From Paraspadella gotoi (taxonomy: Eukaryota; Animalia; Chaetognatha), in contig JBJCIZ010000028.1 in NCBI GenBank assembly GCA_051294375.1, positions 1,549,576 through 1,613,575 of the forward strand: DNA of 64,000 nucleotides, read 5' to 3'. Shown in pieces: positions 22,815 to 37,061 of the stretch (positions are counted from its first letter, which is position 1; the number at the start of each line of letters is the position of its first letter). The notes below the pieces were generated by a model. It was given only the letters and a program-made list of their open reading frames with translations, searched no databases and was not told where the DNA came from. A program made the translations under genes and the position numbers.

Positions 22815-23206
22815 CTTTGAAGAAACACGAACGATTTTTATTATTTATCAATTATTATTTAGTTTCCGTTTAAAAATAGATTTCGTAATAAGGGAAAACC
22901 GAAAGTTGGTCCTATAGAACCAGTACGCATCGATTCAAAATTGCAGATTTGGGAAAAAAATAGGAATCAGCTTCAAAAACTGGTTTTAAAGTTTCGACTT
23001 GACAATGGCGACGACTGTAAAAAAGACGACAGAAATCTGGTTTATGAAATTGGTACAAATATAAAAATTATCCATTGATTTAATAAGCTATCTTGACCCT
23101 AACTGGTGGTTTACAAGATAATGACATAGCAGCTTAAAATCAAGACTCACAGTCGCTTACCTGGCTTCCTTATCAATGAGGTGAGGCGACTTACCACCGG
23201 TGGTAT

Positions 23207-23421
23207 TGTAGCAGCAAGACTTAAAGCTGCCTCACTCCCGACCTCAGCCTCGTCTCAATGGCTGAGCAGGCCAATTCATCTCGTTACAACCGTGCGTCCC
23301 GGGTTCAATCCCTGGGTTATCCCAGTTCTGGCGTAAGTGCGACGGTCCCGGTTTAGGAGGCGGTCACTGAGTGAGGGTCCGCAGCCCTTACGCCAGTTGA
23401 GTTACCCGCGTTCCGGGTATA
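23207..23421 (+). mobile_element. Probable tRNA-bearing solo LTR (family 3)
   Basis: TGTAG start with hairpin GCAGC/GCTGC; A box TGGCTGAGCAGG, B box GGTTCAATCCC; 10-bp stem CTGGCGTAAG/CTTACGCCAG; flanks GTAT/ATAT. Confidence 0.6.
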
Positions 23422-24193
23422 ATATTTTAAAGAATGTTTCAATGTATGAAAATAATATTCAAAAATTGAATTAGATAAAACATTTTTTAACATTGTTTAA
23501 ATAAGAGATTAAATACTAAATCCTTCATAAAANNNNNNNNNNNNNNNNNNAATATTTTAAAGAATGTTTCAATGTATGAAAATAATATTCCCAAATTGAA
23601 TTAGATAAAACATTTTTGAAAAGAAAGCAATATATATTTGTTTAAATAAGAGATTAAATACTAAATCCTTCATAAAATATTAAAATAAAAAATAGTGAAA
23701 CAAGTAATTTGCAAAATTTCATTACCATATAAAGGGGGCAAGAAAAGAAATTAAAAAAATAAGGTAGAGAAGATACAGAGAAAAGGACAAAAAAGTTAAG
23801 AGAATAAAAAAAGTTAATTTTACTTTCACCGACCGGAGTTAAAGAGGGTTTTAAAATATTTATAATAATTTTTAAAAAATATATATTTCTAGTTTTTTTA
23901 AAAAACGGTCGGCGAAAGTAAAATTTTACCTGATACGTAAAAATATCGGGTATCTTACGACTAATGGATCCAAATGGCAAAAAAATAAATACCGATCCCC
24001 AATTTTGAGTTGATCTAATAATTTGCTAGATTACTTACCTATATTAATGTTGCTAAAAACAAAATTTTGTATCCAGCGTAGAACATTGTACCGGGCGCAT
24101 ATAACTAAATCTTACTTTCTGTACAAAATAAGTTGCATAACCAATTACGTTACTCCCTATACGTATAAGACAATCTTTTTAAAGCCAAATGGC

Positions 24194-24209
24194 AGCCCTA
24201 AAAAGGGCT
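24194..24209 (-). terminator. Histone 3' stem-loop (H2B)
   Basis: AGCCCT-TTTT-AGGGCT on minus, followed by AAAAAGATTGTC. Confidence 0.9.
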
Positions 24210-24246
24210 TTTGGGGTGGGGATCTTATGTGTTGATCTTCTTGGAT

Positions 24247-24618
24247 CTACTTGGAGCTAGTGTATTTGGTGACCGCCTTGGTGCCTTCAGACACGGCGTG
24301 CTTGGCCAATTCACCGGGGAGCAGAAGCCTCACGGCCGTCTGAATCTCCCTGGAGGTGATGGTCGTCCTCTTGTTGTAATGGGCCAAGCGGGAGGCTTCG
24401 GCAGCAATGCGTTCGAAGATGTCGTTGACGAACGAGTTCATGATGCTCATGGCCTTGGAGGAAACGCCGGTGTCCGGATGAACTTGCTTCAAGACCTTGT
24501 AGATGTAGATAGCGTAAGATTCCTTACGCTTTCTCTTCTTTTTCTTCTCACCGGCAGAACGGGCAGCCTTGGCCTTACCGGCCTTCTTAGCGCCCTTGGA
24601 AGAAACCTTGGGAGGCAT
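24247..24618 (-). CDS. H2B: Histone H2B
   Basis: Canonical H2B ([20 protein letters not shown]...TKYTSSK), intronless, TATA and CCAAT upstream. Confidence 0.99.
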   Translation of the reverse strand: MPPKVSSKGAKKAGKAKAARSAGEKKKKRKRKESYAIYIYKVLKQVHPDTGVSSKAMSIMNSFVNDIFERIAAEASRLAHYNKRTTITSREIQTAVRLLLPGELAKHAVSEGTKAVTKYTSSK

Positions 24619-24923
24619 GATCGTTTAAAGTTGGGAGAATGTTAAACTTTGAAAGAAACAGAGAATTCGAGAGCGAATGTGGGTCCCATTCCAGGCCTAC
24701 CCTTTTATACTCTCAAAGCGGATCAACGACTCGAGTAAAATTCGCCATTTCAAAAGACCGCCTTTTCATTGGTCCGAAACAGAATCGAATCGACCAATAG
24801 AATCCGCGCACAAAATTTTTTGAAATGCGACCTCCTGATTAGCGGAGACGAAGAATCGTCTCGACCAATGAATAGAGAGCTGGTATTTTTCTCCCGTGTC
24901 TCTGATCCGCTAAGCTCGTATAA

Positions 24924-25382
<459 letters not shown>

Positions 25383-25415
25383 ACAATTGGACTTCAAACT
25401 TTCACACACCCCAAT

Positions 25416-25431
25416 AGCCCTTTTTAGGGCT
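25416..25431 (+). terminator. Histone 3' stem-loop (H2A)
   Basis: AGCCCT-TTTT-AGGGCT followed by AAAAAGATCTC. Confidence 0.9.
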
Positions 25432-25696
25432 GCCCTTTAATCTAAAAAGATCTCGGATATTATGGTGTGAAAAATTCAATTCATAGTTCTGTAAATTCAA
25501 TATTTAGTCATGGTTATTGGTTAAACGTTTTTAAGAACAATGTTATTGTAATTTTTTTCGGCCAAATCTAATTTTTGTTTACTCATACAATGCTCATTTA
25601 ATAACCATTCTTTGGAGTAAGATTTAACCAGTTATTTGTCCAGTAAGGTAAAGTTCTGTTGGTCCTATCACCAGTTTTCCNNNNNNNNNNNNNNNN

Positions 25697-25920
25697 GCTG
25701 TTTCTTTCGCAGTGCCTCAGTGGACTAATGCACCATTCCAATGTGCGTCCCTGGTTCGAGCCCTGAGGTCATGTAGAAAGTGGGATGGACCGGGTAACCC
25801 GCCTGTAGGCATGGGCCTACTGCCAGATCCAAAGCTCTGGACTACATGAACATGCTTTCTCGCTGTCACCACGAGGTGACCCCGCTGCGGGTGTGGCGCC
25901 CTGTAAAACCAGCCTCTTCA
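25697..25920 (+). mobile_element. Diverged tRNA-bearing LTR related to family 1 (5' end in gap)
   Basis: B box GGTTCGAGCCC; shared blocks ACCCGCCTGTA, GATCC.AAGCTC and CTGTCAC; same CTCTTCA terminus. Confidence 0.65.
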
Positions 25921-27144
25921 AAGTAAAGTTAGGAATCAAAATTTAGCAGGTATATTTTAAAACTTATATTAATGATTATTAATCTATTTTTTATGTATAT
26001 TATAGCCTAGTCTATTTTGTATTATTATCCTTGTATAATATTAAAATTTAATTTTTTTTAAAATTAGGAATAAAATAATAATTTTAAAAAAATAATTACT
26101 TATATCGATTTTTTGTAAGGAATCCAAATCCGTTTTTAAAATTTAAAACTTTGCATTTTAAAATTTTAGCCTATTGTATACTTATTACTATATACAAATA
26201 ACTTGCTGGTGCCCACTAATGTATAAAAATAAAAATATTTTTATTAGTTGTTTAATGTATTAGATTTTAATTTTATAAAATTTTATTATTTTTATCATTA
26301 TGATCCAGCTTGACTGAGTGATTTGTTCTCATATCAGTTGAACCAATTTCATTACATCAAATTCGTTCGAGGCTGATTGTAAATATAATTTTAATTATTT
26401 CGACTCGGCTTGCCTCTAGGGCCTTCCTGTTCAGGTCGCTTTATAAATAAAAGGCCTGATAAGAAAAGACGGCAATTCATAAAGGAAAGAGATATTACAA
26501 ACTGTTAAGGAAAACAGAGGGTAGTCGCGGTGCCAGTTTGGAGACAGTCAGGACAGAACCGAGATTAACTGAATGAGACTGTCCTTAAAGTTAAAATGTC
26601 GTTTGCGGCGTAACCTATCAACTTAAAAAATCACGACTGATGATTGACTGAAAAAAAGGTCTAGTTTTGCCTCCAAATGAACTGAACGTTGATCGCCATT
26701 ATTAATGGCATTAGGATTTTATCCTTTAAATTTTTCCTCGTCTTGGGTCATTTACCTTGTTTGATTATCCATTTCAATTTTCCAACTAATCTATTTTTAA
26801 AATGTAAACAGATGAGACTAAGATTATATTTCTTTGAATCAAAGAACCTTTCTTTCGTCTATTAGAAGTTTGAAAATAATTACAATTATTTCTTAATACA
26901 ATGGTCGTTTCATATCAAACTTATTCAATTATGAAATCGGTCCGCTTACGATTAGTAAATACTTTGAAATATTACGCATTAAACCACACGTTATAACTTA
27001 TATTTTGTACCAAGTTCACCAGTCGAAAGTTACAGGACTAACCGTCATATAACGTTACGACGATCAACTCAGAAGCCAACAAGTCTACTTTAAATATTAT
27101 TTGATTTAATAAAATAATTCCGACAATCTTTCGAAAAGAATGGT

Positions 27145-27160
27145 GGCCCTAAAAAGGGCC
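27145..27160 (-). terminator. Histone 3' stem-loop (H4)
   Basis: GGCCCT-TTTT-AGGGCC on minus, followed by GAAAGATTGTC. Confidence 0.92.
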
Positions 27161-27210
27161 GTTTGGGCGATGGAACTTCTTGGTTAAAATCCGAGAAACC
27201 GACTCGTCTC

Positions 27211-27555
<345 letters not shown>

Positions 27556-28178
27556 TTATAAAATTCACAGAATGATTAAACCCGATTTTCTTCATGTTAT
27601 ATACTCTTTGATCGAACCTCAACGGTTGCCTGCTTAATATTCGTGCCAATCAGCTCTAGGCGATTTCTCGAAAAATCGACGAATCAGAGAGCGTCCGACT
27701 CGAGCGGGAAAACGCGAAATCCGTTGAGCGGGAAATTCGGTTTTACGAAGAACAAAGACTTGAATGGAAATGAATGGAATGGCAACGGTTTCTATAAAGA
27801 AGAAAGGGGGGGGGGTTAATTTGACAAAGAAAAGTGGGAGCCTTTTGTACCTTGCCGTTGGCGCCAAGAACAATGACAATATTAGACCTATTTCTACTTG
27901 GATACGTTAAGTTTCGTAGAATATGACGTATTATTTCTTTCGTTTCCTTCCGTTGGATTTAGAAACGAAGTAATAAGTTTTTAATAGTTTACAACGAAAA
28001 GAATGTTACGTATACACCGCTTGGGACTAAGTTTTGAATAGTTTCGAAGTGGCACGATTAAACAAAGTTGCTTTTTATTTGAAAGATTCATTAATATTAT
28101 TTTGAATAACTTTTAAACCGATCAAGGCCTAGTAAAAGGCCGAGAAAACGGTTTGCGTTTGACTCTTTTTAAAAATAC

Positions 28179-28356
28179 TATGGCAACATCCGGGATGCCT
28201 GTGATGCCCATTGGGATGGGGCATCTCACTGCTGGCTTTGGGGGCTTCCGACCCTCAGTGACGCATCCAGTCACTGGCGCGGTTACCCTAGGATGACGTT
28301 AGAAAGTCGTTAGGACTGTGGATGGAACGATGGTGGTGTGAATATATACCGCCACA
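28179..28356 (-). mobile_element. Internally deleted solo LTR, family 2
   Basis: Homologous to 46248-46516; TGTGG...CCATA on minus; exact TSD ATAC. Confidence 0.75.
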
Positions 28357-29796
28357 ATACGCTTTTTTTTTGAAGGGGAAACAAGCTACATATTCTATAT
28401 TCTATACAAAACATATTATAGTGAAGCGACTTAACTCAGGCATTAGATACATTCAATTTTTCTTTAACGTTTCAACAGTTTAAGTTCTGGTTAACAATAA
28501 TCAGAGACTAAAGAAATGTTGGCTAAGAATCTTTGACCTAAAATATTGTTATAAAATTGGTAAGACCATCCATAAAATTATTTATCCATTTAATATTCAA
28601 TCTCTCTTACCTTCACCTCTTACCTTACAGTTTCTATTTCAAAAATGTAATTCGAAAAATTAGCTATTATCTCTCAATATTACTATAATTCTACTAAATT
28701 CCACAGCTCATCCATACTATTACTTAAAATCGACAATCATGATAGGGACAATGCCATACATCTGTGTTGAGAACAAAACGTGAGTCATACATTATGAAAA
28801 TAAACTTATTAAATCCCAACAATTTTAATTGTATATTAATAATAAATGAAACAGAAAATCCTGAAACTTTGAATCTAAAATTGGAACATTTTACAATAAA
28901 TATCAAAATACGTAATTTATAAAAAAATTGTTGGAGGGACATTAAAAAGAATCTTCCGTCAATTAACAATAGCTTTAATATTGAAATAAATCATTGCCAA
29001 ACGTGTGTTAAATATCTTTCTCTTCGAATCTTAAAATTATAATTTATAGAATTTCCAATGACATTAAAAACTACGGCAGTCTGAATGTACCTGTGATTTT
29101 TAAAACGTATCAGTTATCAGGAGTCCCAACAGAAAAATATTAAATATTAAATCTAATTAAAAGTTTTACTTAAAGTTTAATTGGGAGACGGATGCTAGCG
29201 TTGTCTTATGAAAATATAGGGGGCATCTGGACAACGCGAGGGTAAAAATATTTTCTGTCCTATCTTTCTAATATGAATATTATTATTAAACAATGTTTTT
29301 TGTTAGGTAAAATAGAAAGGGGTGAAGGGGAAAATTTATTTTGGGATAAGCGTAATTTATGATTCGTTACTGTTATAGGATAAGACCACCGAGTTGAATT
29401 AGAATAATTCTACAGTGAATGATTAGAGTAAAGATACATACAGGTTTTTTAATTAGATTTTATCTGTCCAAGTTGATTACTCGCACTTAATCGGCTATTG
29501 GACGTTTATGCAAGGATAAACATTCACTTATATAAACTCGGTTGTTGTTTATTAATTAAGATGTCAAACTGTATAATAAAAAAATTGGCATACTAATGAC
29601 TCTTAAAAACTTTATACGAACGCCCGTGCTATTAAAAATGATAATTTCTTCTTGGCTATAATTAAAACGGCGAAATTATATTAAGTAATAGTAAAAATTT
29701 AAAAAAATAATCAGTTCTTGTCATCATTTAATAATAATGCTAAAAAATCGTACGATTTACTCGTTTCTCCAAATTTCGGATCAGCGGTTCGGATGA

Positions 29797-30345
<549 letters not shown>

Positions 30346-30382
30346 AGAGTTCCACAAGTTGGACATTTGAACTAACCCAAAA

Positions 30383-30398
30383 GGCCCTTTTCAGGGCC
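30383..30398 (+). terminator. Histone 3' stem-loop (H3)
   Basis: GGCCCT-TTTC-AGGGCC followed by GAAAGATCGTC. Confidence 0.92.
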
Positions 30399-32126
30399 AC
30401 ACACGATTTTTGAAAGATCGTCATGATAGCTTACTGCTTCATTAAACTAATTACGTTCAATGACATATATATATACATATGTATATAAGTTATAATCCAA
30501 GACGCGACACATGCAATGATAGTGAGTCTCGACCGAATTAAATGACTAAACTTAATTCAAAAATTATATATTTATTATTTATAAAATTTATATCTGCTGA
30601 TTTTTAAAAAAACATCCACAATTACTAGTTGGGTTTTAGTTTTGCCATGGTCCCAACGTCACTCGTATATTCACAAATCTTATCCCGACTTCCAGCCTTA
30701 TTAAACGTTATTAAAACCCTGTGAACAAATTAAGAGAAAATAACCTTAAATGGAAAGTTAAATTTGAAGAGCTCCGTTTTAAAGAACGCCCGGACGCTAT
30801 TCCAATGGGCATGCAGGAAATATTTTGCCCCCCGGCTTTTGATGCAGGGCAGTGTTTGGATTGCTGCAAAGATGAGCTGAATTTATTCCGACACCGGGAC
30901 TATTGCAAAGCTGGAGCTACATTGACGCCCATTCTGCTGCAAATACTGTACTGTATATACCGTACCAACCCAAGAAGTTTCTAATACAACACATTCAACT
31001 CAATCAACTGAAACTTAGCAGTGAGCACCAAAGGCGCGTACAAATAGTATTAAAAGAATAGGGATCTCGCCAGAACTTTACAGTAGTCTTTATAGTAAAA
31101 AAGCGTGTGCATTGGAAGAGAAAAATAGAAATAAATACCGACGCAATAAATTTTATCCGAGGTTCATCAACCAACTTGAATTTTTTAACATAAATTATTT
31201 GCTTTACCATACTCCAAAGATTAAGTACACATTTCCAATAAGAAAGACTTATTTCTATTAGACGGCTTCTAATCGTACTTACGATTATCGGTTCGAGAAA
31301 AGTATTCGGATATTGTAAAAAACTGCAATATGCAAATGAGATTAAAAGCGTATTCCGAAACATCGTCGACGGCGCTGTATTCAATGCGCCGAAGGTGCGC
31401 CTGCAGCTTTGGCGGCGCCGTAGGGTATGCTGCTTCCAAGGCCCCAACATCAAACGTGGAAAGGGCCGTAATGATTTTATCATCATGATTCCAATTAAAA
31501 ATATTGAGCGCCATCTGTCATCGGTTAACTTTATATTAAATATATTGGGTTAAATGTATTTAAAGTAAATATTAAAATTAAATTCTGGGATGAACGAACA
31601 GAAATGGAAAACTTTATTTAACCTTTATTAAACTATATAACTCAAAAGACCAATGAAGATAACTTCTAATAAAAGAATACTTAGGCGAAGTAGTCTAAAG
31701 TTTTCCCAACAAACAAATAAGCTGACACGAAATCTGGGAAGCCAATCTTTCGTCCAACTGAGTTGTACAGTTTCTACAACAACGACGTTTTCGCTCGGGT
31801 ATTCCCTTCTGCAAGCATTTGCTCCGCTGAATTTCGAATTATATGTTAAAAGAAACGTTTAGATAATGATAAATTTTAATTAACTAGTAATTCCCAACGA
31901 CTAAAGAATAAAATAAAGTTAAATCCGTTAATGACTAATATCTGATTCCGAAACTGATAATTTTGAATATTTTTTTTTTTTGTGGAAACACTGACCCAAC
32001 AATTTACTTACAATTTTTTTTTCATTTGTCTCTCTAATTTATAAAGGCGACAAATCTTGGGACATGTATCCCGTGAATCTTATGAACCTTATTAACACTT
32101 CAAAACCACGAATTCCTTTTTTCAGA

Positions 32127-33558
32127 ATGCTCGCTCACGCTCCGTCATCTCACGTAACCGTCAGCGTTCCTCCGGACACTCCGGTCCGCGTGGCCGACGG
32201 AACGACGGTCAATTTGACGGAGGGCGCCTCCGTCGATTTCAACGACGGTGCAGCCATCTCTCTGCCGGGCGGCGTTACGATCTCGTCCACCGGGACAACG
32301 TCGGTCACCCTGTCAGCTGGTGAAGCTGCGGAAGAATCCGGCGCTGCTGCCGCTGCTGAATCTCCGGACGAGGGCGAATGCAGCATCATTCGTCTCAACG
32401 TGGGAGGCGTCAACTATGCCACAACAAAGGCGACGCTCGGCCGATTTCCAGATTCGTTGTTGGGACAAATGATGAGCGACGAAATGACGCCCCAGCGGGA
32501 TGACACTGGCGCTATCTTCATTGACAGAAACGGAGAATTGTTTGGGTAATGGGTATTGGTATTTAGCCACTTCAGTCTTTAGTAACATTATACCAATAAA
32601 AAATGAATTACCAATTTTTTAATAAATTGTTAAGCCAACCCACAGAAATTGTACTAGTGAACACTGAAGAGCCTTGTTTCACGCAGGGCGCCGCTCCCTG
32701 AGCATTCCGCAATGTCGCCACTTGGCGACAGTGAAACAACTTCTTCAAGTCGTCCAGAGCTTGGGATTCGTTGGTAGTAGAAACAAGGAATTGGCCCTTT
32801 AATTTGGTTAGACTAAAAGGGCCACCAGAGAGGATACTAAGCAACTTTCTTTATTCTAGCGGCCTTTGCATTGAGGGGCAGTGGGGGCTGCGTACAAGTA
32901 AACATACCTATGTAACAGTAATCTGCCATTCCCAGAATAATTTTGTGGCAATATTATCGCCGATAACTATCTAAAAAAAACTGTAGAGTATAATTTTACA
33001 TGTGAAAACATTTCAGAAAACAGCCAAACAGAGACCAAAGACAAAAACCTATTATATTACATTCCTTTCAGATTAATCCTCGACTTGCTTCGTGATGTTC
33101 CAGATTTTCATCTTTCTGAAAATTTCAATGATTTTGAAAGAATCACGAACGAGGCCGCATATTATGGTCTCCGAGAAGGAAGGAAGATGTTGGAAGAGAT
33201 GAGGATGAACCGGGAAAAGAAAATCATGCCGCCGCCGCCGCTGCCGCCCCAGCCGCCGCCGACAACCGGCCAAGGATTCAACCAAGGTTATTTGGCGGAA
33301 GTCACCACATATTTCGGTCACTGTCGAGTCTCGGGCGGGGCTTTGTCGCGCGCCTTGGGAAAGAATAGCGAGGACTTTGAAGTCCACTTGTCCAAGACGA
33401 GAGTGGACGAGCTTTTCGGCGACGCGAATGGGAGGCTCTTGCATTCTTCAATCGCGTTGGCGGGCGGGTCACACGTTCACAAAAGCACTTGGTTCGTTCC
33501 AAAATCCAGTTTATCGTTTATAAAGTCGCGATTTCCGAACGAATGTTGCATAAGTTGA
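32127..33558 (+). CDS. KCTD-type (T1) BTB/POZ protein, paralog 1; exons 32127-32545 and 33072-33558
   Basis: IIRLNVGGVNYATTKATLGRFPDSLLG...IFIDRNGELFG/LILDLLR...NEAAYYGL across a phase-2 GT-AG intron. Confidence 0.88.
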
Positions 33559-34515
33559 GGAATTTATGATTTTATACTAATTTAATTTTCACGGAAATCG
33601 ACATAAACCTTCACGTTGAAAATTTTTAAAAAAATTATTTAATCGGGAAAAGTGGGCGTAATTACTTTGTCAAGTTTGTGTAAATAAAATAAAAAAAAGG
33701 AATTTTCATAAAATATTTGTTTTTATTGTTCTTTCTTTTTGTTGATAAGATAAGATGAGATAAGATACTGAATAAAAGACGATTTATCATCGTCGTCATC
33801 CTTATTAAAGTAAAAAGTTAATTTAGTTTATTTTTTTTTTATGATCAACAATTTATTTAACCGAGATTCGTCAGTCAAAATATTTTTGTAATTATTCAAT
33901 TAAAAAATAAGTTTGAGCAAACAACGAAGGATCTGAACGCGGAATTTTGGAAATTCATTCATTGTTTAAATATAGATTATAGAGATGTATTTTCTGCTAA
34001 TATCAAAAACTGACTGGGCTAAAAATAAGATTATTATTTAATACTAATCAATAATAATAATAATCAATCATTTGTTTAACAAATTAACTTGACGTGCGAA
34101 CGCAACATTCATGACATCTGTATGAGTGTCAAGATACGAAACAAAAGCGACAAATATTTCTGGGAAATTCAACCTCATTTATTTCATTTAGTGACAACAG
34201 TTAACAGTTATTCGCATTATTAAACATTATTAAACATCGAAAGTAATTCTAAATTAAACAAGTTCGCCAAGAGTCACCGTGAAACGAAAAGATCAAATAC
34301 TGTGGGCCACAGTGTGGCTAAATTATTAATTGAACTTAAAAGCGACTTCAAATTTTGCACCCTCGTAGAAAAATTCACTGATACTTTTTTCTTTCCAGAT
34401 TGCTAAGTTTCTTAGTTAATATGTGCTTGGAAATGCCATGGTCGAATTTAAAAAAAAAATTATGAAAAAAACTGAAATATTGTAAAATTTGGGTTTGCTT
34501 TACAAATATAAATAT

Positions 34516-35142
34516 TAGGGTGGAGTGATGAAAAGATTGAGTGATTGAACATTATTTTTTTGCTGCCTATGGACATATAATTAATGAATTTTAAATCCTT
34601 TTAAAAATTTTTTTAGCATAACAGTATAGCAAATTCAATTATTTATATAGTAATATCCTTACAAAATCGTCAAATTTCAAAATATTTTTTTTTATTTTTA
34701 AGAACTGATTTGGATTCGCTGTAAAAAACTAAAAAACTTTTATAAAATATGTTATATGATATTTTAATATTTAGATCATAAAAAATGATTAAAACGTTTT
34801 AACATATATAAGCTTCTACTACAGAGAATAAAAATATAAGGAATTTTCACCTTTTTTCTTATTTTAAACATTGAAAATGACAGAATTTTTGATAACATGT
34901 TTTATATTTTTGATTCAACTTTTTATGAAGAATCTGAATCTTTATTAAAAGTTTTATAAAAATTATTTTTAAAATTTACTATTTTATAAGGATATTATTA
35001 CAAATATATTATATTTTACTATTCTGTTCCCGAGATAATATGAACAAAATATTTTTTGTACTAGTTAATCATACTATCTTACATCTAAATATCATTGTTC
35101 GATCATTCAAATAAATTTTTTGTTCTTGAGTGCTCCACTCTA
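34516..35142. mobile_element. hAT-like non-autonomous DNA transposon
   Basis: TIRs TAGGGTGGAG / CTCCACTCTA with exact 8-bp TSD ATAAATAT. Confidence 0.85.
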
Positions 35143-35601
35143 ATAAATATTGGAGTATGTATCTGAACAATCAGAATGTCAAACACTTTTTCACTTTCCC
35201 AAAGACAGCCCTTTTCATTTTATAGTTTTTTTTAGTTACAATGATCTGGCAAAAGTCTGTTACCTTACTAAACTTGGAAATATATTAATGGGAATTTTTG
35301 TTTATGCTCCCAAGACAATATACTAACTAGTAATTAATGAATGTTTAAGAAATTATAATATTCGTCTTAATTTTTTTCAAAATAAATTTTAAATTAAACT
35401 ATCAAAGAAGAGGGGAAAAATTCTTCAAAAAAAAAAAAAAAAAGCTGTTGGAAAGCAAGCGCACCAGTAGTGGTTATGATGTTAATGATTCTCAATTTGT
35501 AATAAAAAAAAAAATTAAATAAAATAAAATAGAATTTTTAAAACTAATCGAATATCAATCATATTGACATTTCTTAAAAATTTATAAAAAATTTAGTCAA
35601 T

Positions 35602-37061
35602 ATGCCGGCCCGTACGCCGAGCGTGACGGTCACCGTCCAGCCCAACACTCCGGTCCGCGTGGCCGACGGAACGACGGTCAATTTGACAGAGGGCGCCTCC
35701 GTCGATTTCGACGACGGTGCTGCCATCTCTCTGCCGGGCGGCGTCAAGATATCGTCCATCGGGGCAACGTCGGTCACGCTGTCGGCGGCTGCAGCTGCCG
35801 AAGAATCCGGAGCTGCCGCCGCTGCTAAATCTCCCGGCGGCGAATGCAGCATCATTCGTCTCAACGTGGGAGGCGTCAATTACGTGACGACGAAGGCGAC
35901 GCTCAGTAAAATTCCAGATTCGTTGTTGGGGCGAATGATGAGCGGCGAAGTGACGCCGCAAAGGGACGAAGCCGGCGCTATATTTATGGATAGAAACGGA
36001 AAGATGTTCGGGTATTTAATACATTTTTATCGACAATATTTAACTTTAAAAATACTGTTTATTCACGTTATTTTACTCGAAATACTTGCTTCGTCTTTCG
36101 GTTCAAAAATTTCAGTTTCAACGCAATCATTTTGTAACAATTTTCTGACATTAAAAATTTAAATGTGACTTATAATTTATAATATATAATATATTATAAA
36201 TCCATAATTTTATTAATGTCGAAACTAGTAAATACTTTTTTTGATGAAAAGACGAACTTGTTACTTCGTTGTTCCCAATTTTTTTTTTATCTCAGTGGAG
36301 GACGGAATTTTTAGTGAAAAGAATTCGATACCAAAGTAAAATGAACGAGAGTTTATTTCAGTATAACATCGAAGGGAAAATGCGCGCGAGAATAAAATAA
36401 CAATGACTTTTATATGAACTACTTTGTTTACCAAAGTAGGAATGTGAAAGGGAATGGAATTTTAGGCCGAAAAATATTATTTACATTTTTGTAATTCACC
36501 GAATTCTTTCTCTCAATCTTCACTTCTCAATGCAAAGCACTTTTTAATATGAGAAATTTATACCCAGTGAATATTGAATAAACAAACAAACCAAATATTT
36601 AATTTCAGCTTCATACTCGATTATCTTCGCGGAAACGATCAATTTGTTCCCTCCAAGTTCAACTTCGACGACTTGGAAAGACTGAAGCAAGAAGCAGTAT
36701 ATTATCATTTGAAAGATTTGATTTCAATTTTAGACGCGCGAGTCGGCAACTTGCACCTCCCAGAACGAGTTGAGACGGAGAGTTTTTTAAAGGTGCGCTT
36801 TTAGCCGAAGTCGTGACTTATTTTGATCACTGTATGCTTTCCTGTTACGAGTTGTCAAACATTTTAGAAAGGGACGGCGATTTAGAAATATTAATAAGCA
36901 AACCAAAAATGGATGATATTTTTCGCCATGCTGGATGCAGCCTGTTGCATTCCTCGTTTGCTTTGAGGGACGGAGATCACGTTCATAAGAGCACTTGGCG
37001 CGTTCCGATTTCGTCTTTTGATCATATCAAAATGAGGGTCGAGGAGAAAATTAAAATATAA
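35602..37061 (+). CDS. KCTD-type BTB/POZ protein, paralog 2; exons 35602-36011 and 36609-37061; frameshift at ~36783-36789
   Basis: RLNVGG...DRNGKMFG/FILDYLRG...QEAVYYHL. C-terminal similarity to paralog 1 (LAEV.TYF.HC, LLHSS.AL..G.HVHKSTW) resumes only in the -1 frame. Confidence 0.8.

Noticed and set aside
23325-23400. Twister or HDV-like ribozyme in the family 3 hairpin
   Set aside because: Only a simple stem is evident; I could not assign the pseudoknots or catalytic residues.
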